Shown here piece after piece: positions 18,218-20,741 of a DNA stretch of 20,741 nt (positions are counted from its first letter, which is position 1; each line of letters begins with the position of its first letter). This DNA is from Polyangiales bacterium (GTDB lineage: Bacteria; Myxococcota_A; Polyangia; Polyangiales; Polyangiaceae): the NCBI GenBank assembly GCA_038230375.1, contig JBBRNJ010000120.1, positions 1-20,741 of the forward strand. The letters run 5' to 3'. A model generated the notes under the pieces. That model worked only from the letters and a program-made list of their open reading frames with translations. It searched no databases and was not told the DNA's origin. Both the position numbers and the translations under genes were made by a program.

Positions 18218-18933
18218 GAGGGCGCTCGCTCGGTAGGCGCGGCGCGCCCATTGGATTTCCGCTTCTTCGCGGTGCCAGCCTTCGCCGCCCCTGCTCTTGC
18301 TCCGGCCCCCTTCACAGCGCCATGCGGTGCGAGCTTCTTCTTCAGTTTTCGCGGCGGCAGGAGCTCCTCTTCGGCAATGACCTTCTTCGCCAGGAACAGC
18401 GCTGCGTCCAGCTTGTAGAAGCTCCGCTTGCGATAGAACTTCAGCGCGCTGTCGTTGTTCTCGGCCACCTCCAGCACGAGATGCGTGCAGCCGCGTACCT
18501 TGGCGATGTGCTCGATCTGCTCGAGCATGAAGTTGCCCACGCCCTGACCCTGGTATTCGGGGTGCACGGCGAGCTCCTCCACGTAGAGCGGGCGCATCTC
18601 CTTGCGCTCGAAGTAGCGCTCGTTCATCCAGTTGTCGGAGCCGACGATCTCGAACGAACACTCCGCGTAGCCGACGATCTCGTCCTTGCCGCCCTTCGGC
18701 ACCACGAAGAGGAGCTGCTCCGTGCCCTCTTCCGCATACGTCTCCAGGAAGCGACTCTTCAGGCGCGGCCGCTGGTACTCCACCGTCTCGCGATTCACAT
18801 CGCGGAAGACGAGCTTGAGGAAGTCCCACACGCGGTTGAGGTCGCGCCGGTGAATACGCTTCACCGTGATGGTCAGTGCGTCTCGTTGAGCCGAAGAGGG
18901 AGTGGGTTCCGGTGGCGACGTGTGCGACGGCAT
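18214..18933 (-). CDS. GNAT-family N-acetyltransferase with a Lys/Ala-rich C-terminal tail, 239 aa
   Basis: IVGYA; LYVEELAVHPEYQGQGVG (acetyl-CoA motif A); LVLEVAENNDSALKFYRKRSF. ATG 18933 is 13 nt after the upstream stop. Confidence 0.88.
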   Translation of the reverse strand: MPSHTSPPEPTPSSAQRDALTITVKRIHRRDLNRVWDFLKLVFRDVNRETVEYQRPRLKSRFLETYAEEGTEQLLFVVPKGGKDEIVGYAECSFEIVGSDNWMNERYFERKEMRPLYVEELAVHPEYQGQGVGNFMLEQIEHIAKVRGCTHLVLEVAENNDSALKFYRKRSFYKLDAALFLAKKVIAEEELLPPRKLKKKLAPHGAVKGAGARAGAAKAGTAKKRKSNGRAAPTERAPS

Positions 18934-18946
18934 CTCGGGGGACAGG

Positions 18947-19975
18947 CTAGCGGGATCGCTCCTTAGGAACAACGCACGCGGCGTTCGGGCCGTTCGCAGC
19001 TGGGCTGCAGGCCGAAAAGCCCATTTGCGTGCAAGATACACGCGTCATGCGCCCGTTGGCGCAGAAGGAGAGGGCCTCGCCGTCGCAGGTGGCCGGGGCA
19101 GCATCGCACGCGACCTCGCCGCCGATGTAGCAGCCTGCGCGCGCCCCACGGCCCGCGCATCGCATGCCACCTGCAGCGCAGTCGGTGACACGAACGCTGC
19201 CGCCGTGGCCGCGCGACACGCACTCGATGAGCTTGTCACCATCACAACGCTTTCCGTCGAGCTCGGTGCAGCGCGCCCCAGAGGTGGGCTCGCATGCGGC
19301 GGCGTTCTCGCCGGGGACGTCCGTGCGCGCGACGCACCTGGTGCCAGAGCCGCACGTGGCCTTCTCCACGGCGCCGTCGTGACATGACACGAGCGAGGTG
19401 TCGCCGTCACACCGGGACCCGGTCATGCCGCGTGGGCAGAGCTTCTCGGAGAAACACGCGCGCACGATCAGTCCACCGGCCACGCTGGTGTCACTGCACC
19501 GCGCGCCCATGTCCGCGCAGCTCACGCTCACGCTCTCGCCAGCGTCATCGCCGCTGCAAGACATGAGGTAGTCGCCGTCACATGCGCTGAGCACGCCGGC
19601 GTGGGCAGTGCAGTAGCGGACCGCGCGCGGATCGTCGCCGTCATGCAGGCATGCGCCGACGGCGTCGCAGGTCTTTGCGGCGCCCAGGCACTGGTAGACG
19701 GCGTCCTTCTCGCCGCGTGCCAGGCGCAGGCCGAAGGTCGCGACGCAGGTGGACGGGTCGGAGAACCGCGGAGGGTCGTGCTCGTGGGCGCAGCTCGCCG
19801 CCATCGCGCAGCGCGACGTCGCATCTGCCAGCCACTTCGGAGTCTCGACGCCTCTTGGCGGCATGACGACGGGCGGACGCTCGGTCGCCTCGTTCTCGCA
19901 CGCGGCGAGCGTGACGAGGGCTGGGACCAGCAGCAGCAGACTTACCCGGGTGAGCGCGAAACGAGAGCTTTGCAT
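18947..19975 (-). CDS. Cys-rich lipoprotein with four 6-Cys CDG(D/E) repeats, 342 aa
   Basis: Lipoprotein signal ending LAA-C at residue 26, plus 30 further Cys. Repeats contain CDGDYL, CDGDTSL, CDGDKL and CDGEAL. Confidence 0.8.
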   Translation of the reverse strand: MQSSRFALTRVSLLLLVPALVTLAACENEATERPPVVMPPRGVETPKWLADATSRCAMAASCAHEHDPPRFSDPSTCVATFGLRLARGEKDAVYQCLGAAKTCDAVGACLHDGDDPRAVRYCTAHAGVLSACDGDYLMSCSGDDAGESVSVSCADMGARCSDTSVAGGLIVRACFSEKLCPRGMTGSRCDGDTSLVSCHDGAVEKATCGSGTRCVARTDVPGENAAACEPTSGARCTELDGKRCDGDKLIECVSRGHGGSVRVTDCAAGGMRCAGRGARAGCYIGGEVACDAAPATCDGEALSFCANGRMTRVSCTQMGFSACSPAANGPNAACVVPKERSR

Positions 19976-19994
19976 GGCGATCGTGCCTAACCTC

Positions 19995-20741
19995 TTACAC
20001 GGAGGCGATCGACTTCTTCAAGTCCTCGAGCTGGAAGAGCAGCTCGTGCGCGCCGGACTCGAACGCGAGTTCCAAAGCTTCGCGAAGGTACATGTGAGCT
20101 TCCTGGCGGCGATCGCGGCCGGAAGACACCTGCGCCAGCGCGCCCAGGACGCGCGCGCGGTCTTGTCCGCTGGGCCCGGCGAGATCGAGCGCCTCGCGGA
20201 GCACGCCCTCAGCGTCGGTGAATTGCCCGGCCTGTGTGAGCGCCTCACCCAGCTTGCGGGAGAAGATGAGCACTGCGCGCAGCGGGTCCTCGAGCTCGCC
20301 ACGGAACAGCTCGCGTCGTGCGAGCTCCAGGCCGCGACGCAGCGCCGTGATGGTGCCCATGGTGTCGCCGCGCTCGGTGCATTTGGCGGAGACCTGCTCC
20401 AGGAGGATGAGCGCCTGGAACGTGTTCTGCGCCTGGAACTCGTGCAGGGCGCGCGCCTCGATCGCGGCGCCGGTCTCCTCTGAGATGGTGGCGGCCTGCG
20501 CGTGGAGCTCACGGCGCACCGCGTTCGGGATCGTGGCAAGGACGACCTCGCGCAGGAGCGGGTGGGTGATGTTCAGGTGTTCGCCGTCGACCTCGATCAT
20601 GCCGGCCTTCTGCAGCTGATCGATCGCGTCCTTCACCTTCGTGCGATCGGAGACCATGCGCACGATGATGGGCGCGGTGACAAGATCGCCGAAGACGGCA
20701 ATGGCCTGCATCACACGTCGCGAGTTGGGCGGCATGCGCTC
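19995..20741 (-). CDS. C-terminal part of a STAND-like ATPase/TPR protein (partial; the N-terminus is outside the window)
   Basis: Frame is open to the window edge. RRVMQAIAVFG...LQKAGMIE...HPLLREVVLATIP..VRRELHAQAA resembles the winged-helix/arm region of AAA_16/STAND proteins. TPR-like helices follow (KLGEALTQAGQFTDAEGVLREALDL). Confidence 0.65.
   Translation of the reverse strand, partial: ERMPPNSRRVMQAIAVFGDLVTAPIIVRMVSDRTKVKDAIDQLQKAGMIEVDGEHLNITHPLLREVVLATIPNAVRRELHAQAATISEETGAAIEARALHEFQAQNTFQALILLEQVSAKCTERGDTMGTITALRRGLELARRELFRGELEDPLRAVLIFSRKLGEALTQAGQFTDAEGVLREALDLAGPSGQDRARVLGALAQVSSGRDRRQEAHMYLREALELAFESGAHELLFQLEDLKKSIASV

Noticed and set aside
18218..18829. Upstream extension of the 418-aa ORF 17573..18829
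   Set aside because: It overlaps the GNAT out of frame; the GTGA coupling at 18214-18217 gives a better start.

Overview
High-GC window whose gene content (FHA-sigma54 activator, Hanks-type kinases, Cys-rich lipoprotein, long multi-POTRA Omp85) suggests a myxobacterium; this taxonomy is inferred. Left to right: the probable 3' end of an IS1595-family element; trmH (-); a divergent tamB-like gene followed by an Omp85 (BamA/TamA) gene; rplM-rpsI behind a clean sigma70 promoter; a small membrane protein coupled to a YfhO-like GT-C glycosyltransferase; a SurA-like chaperone; an FHA-AAA+-HTH sigma54 activator followed by a Ser/Thr kinase. The window ends with a tightly packed minus-strand operon: partial STAND/TPR-type protein, 6-Cys-repeat lipoprotein, GNAT, membrane protein, App1-like HAD phosphatase. 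The strongest unannotated signal is the 132-bp gap between activator and kinase, which holds two GCGAC-N7-GTCGC palindromes 32 bp apart and a GG-N10-GC sigma54-type promoter, suggesting a self-contained phospho-Thr/sigma54 feedback circuit. No tRNA, rRNA or CRISPR array was seen. All family calls come from reading motifs by eye, without database searches.
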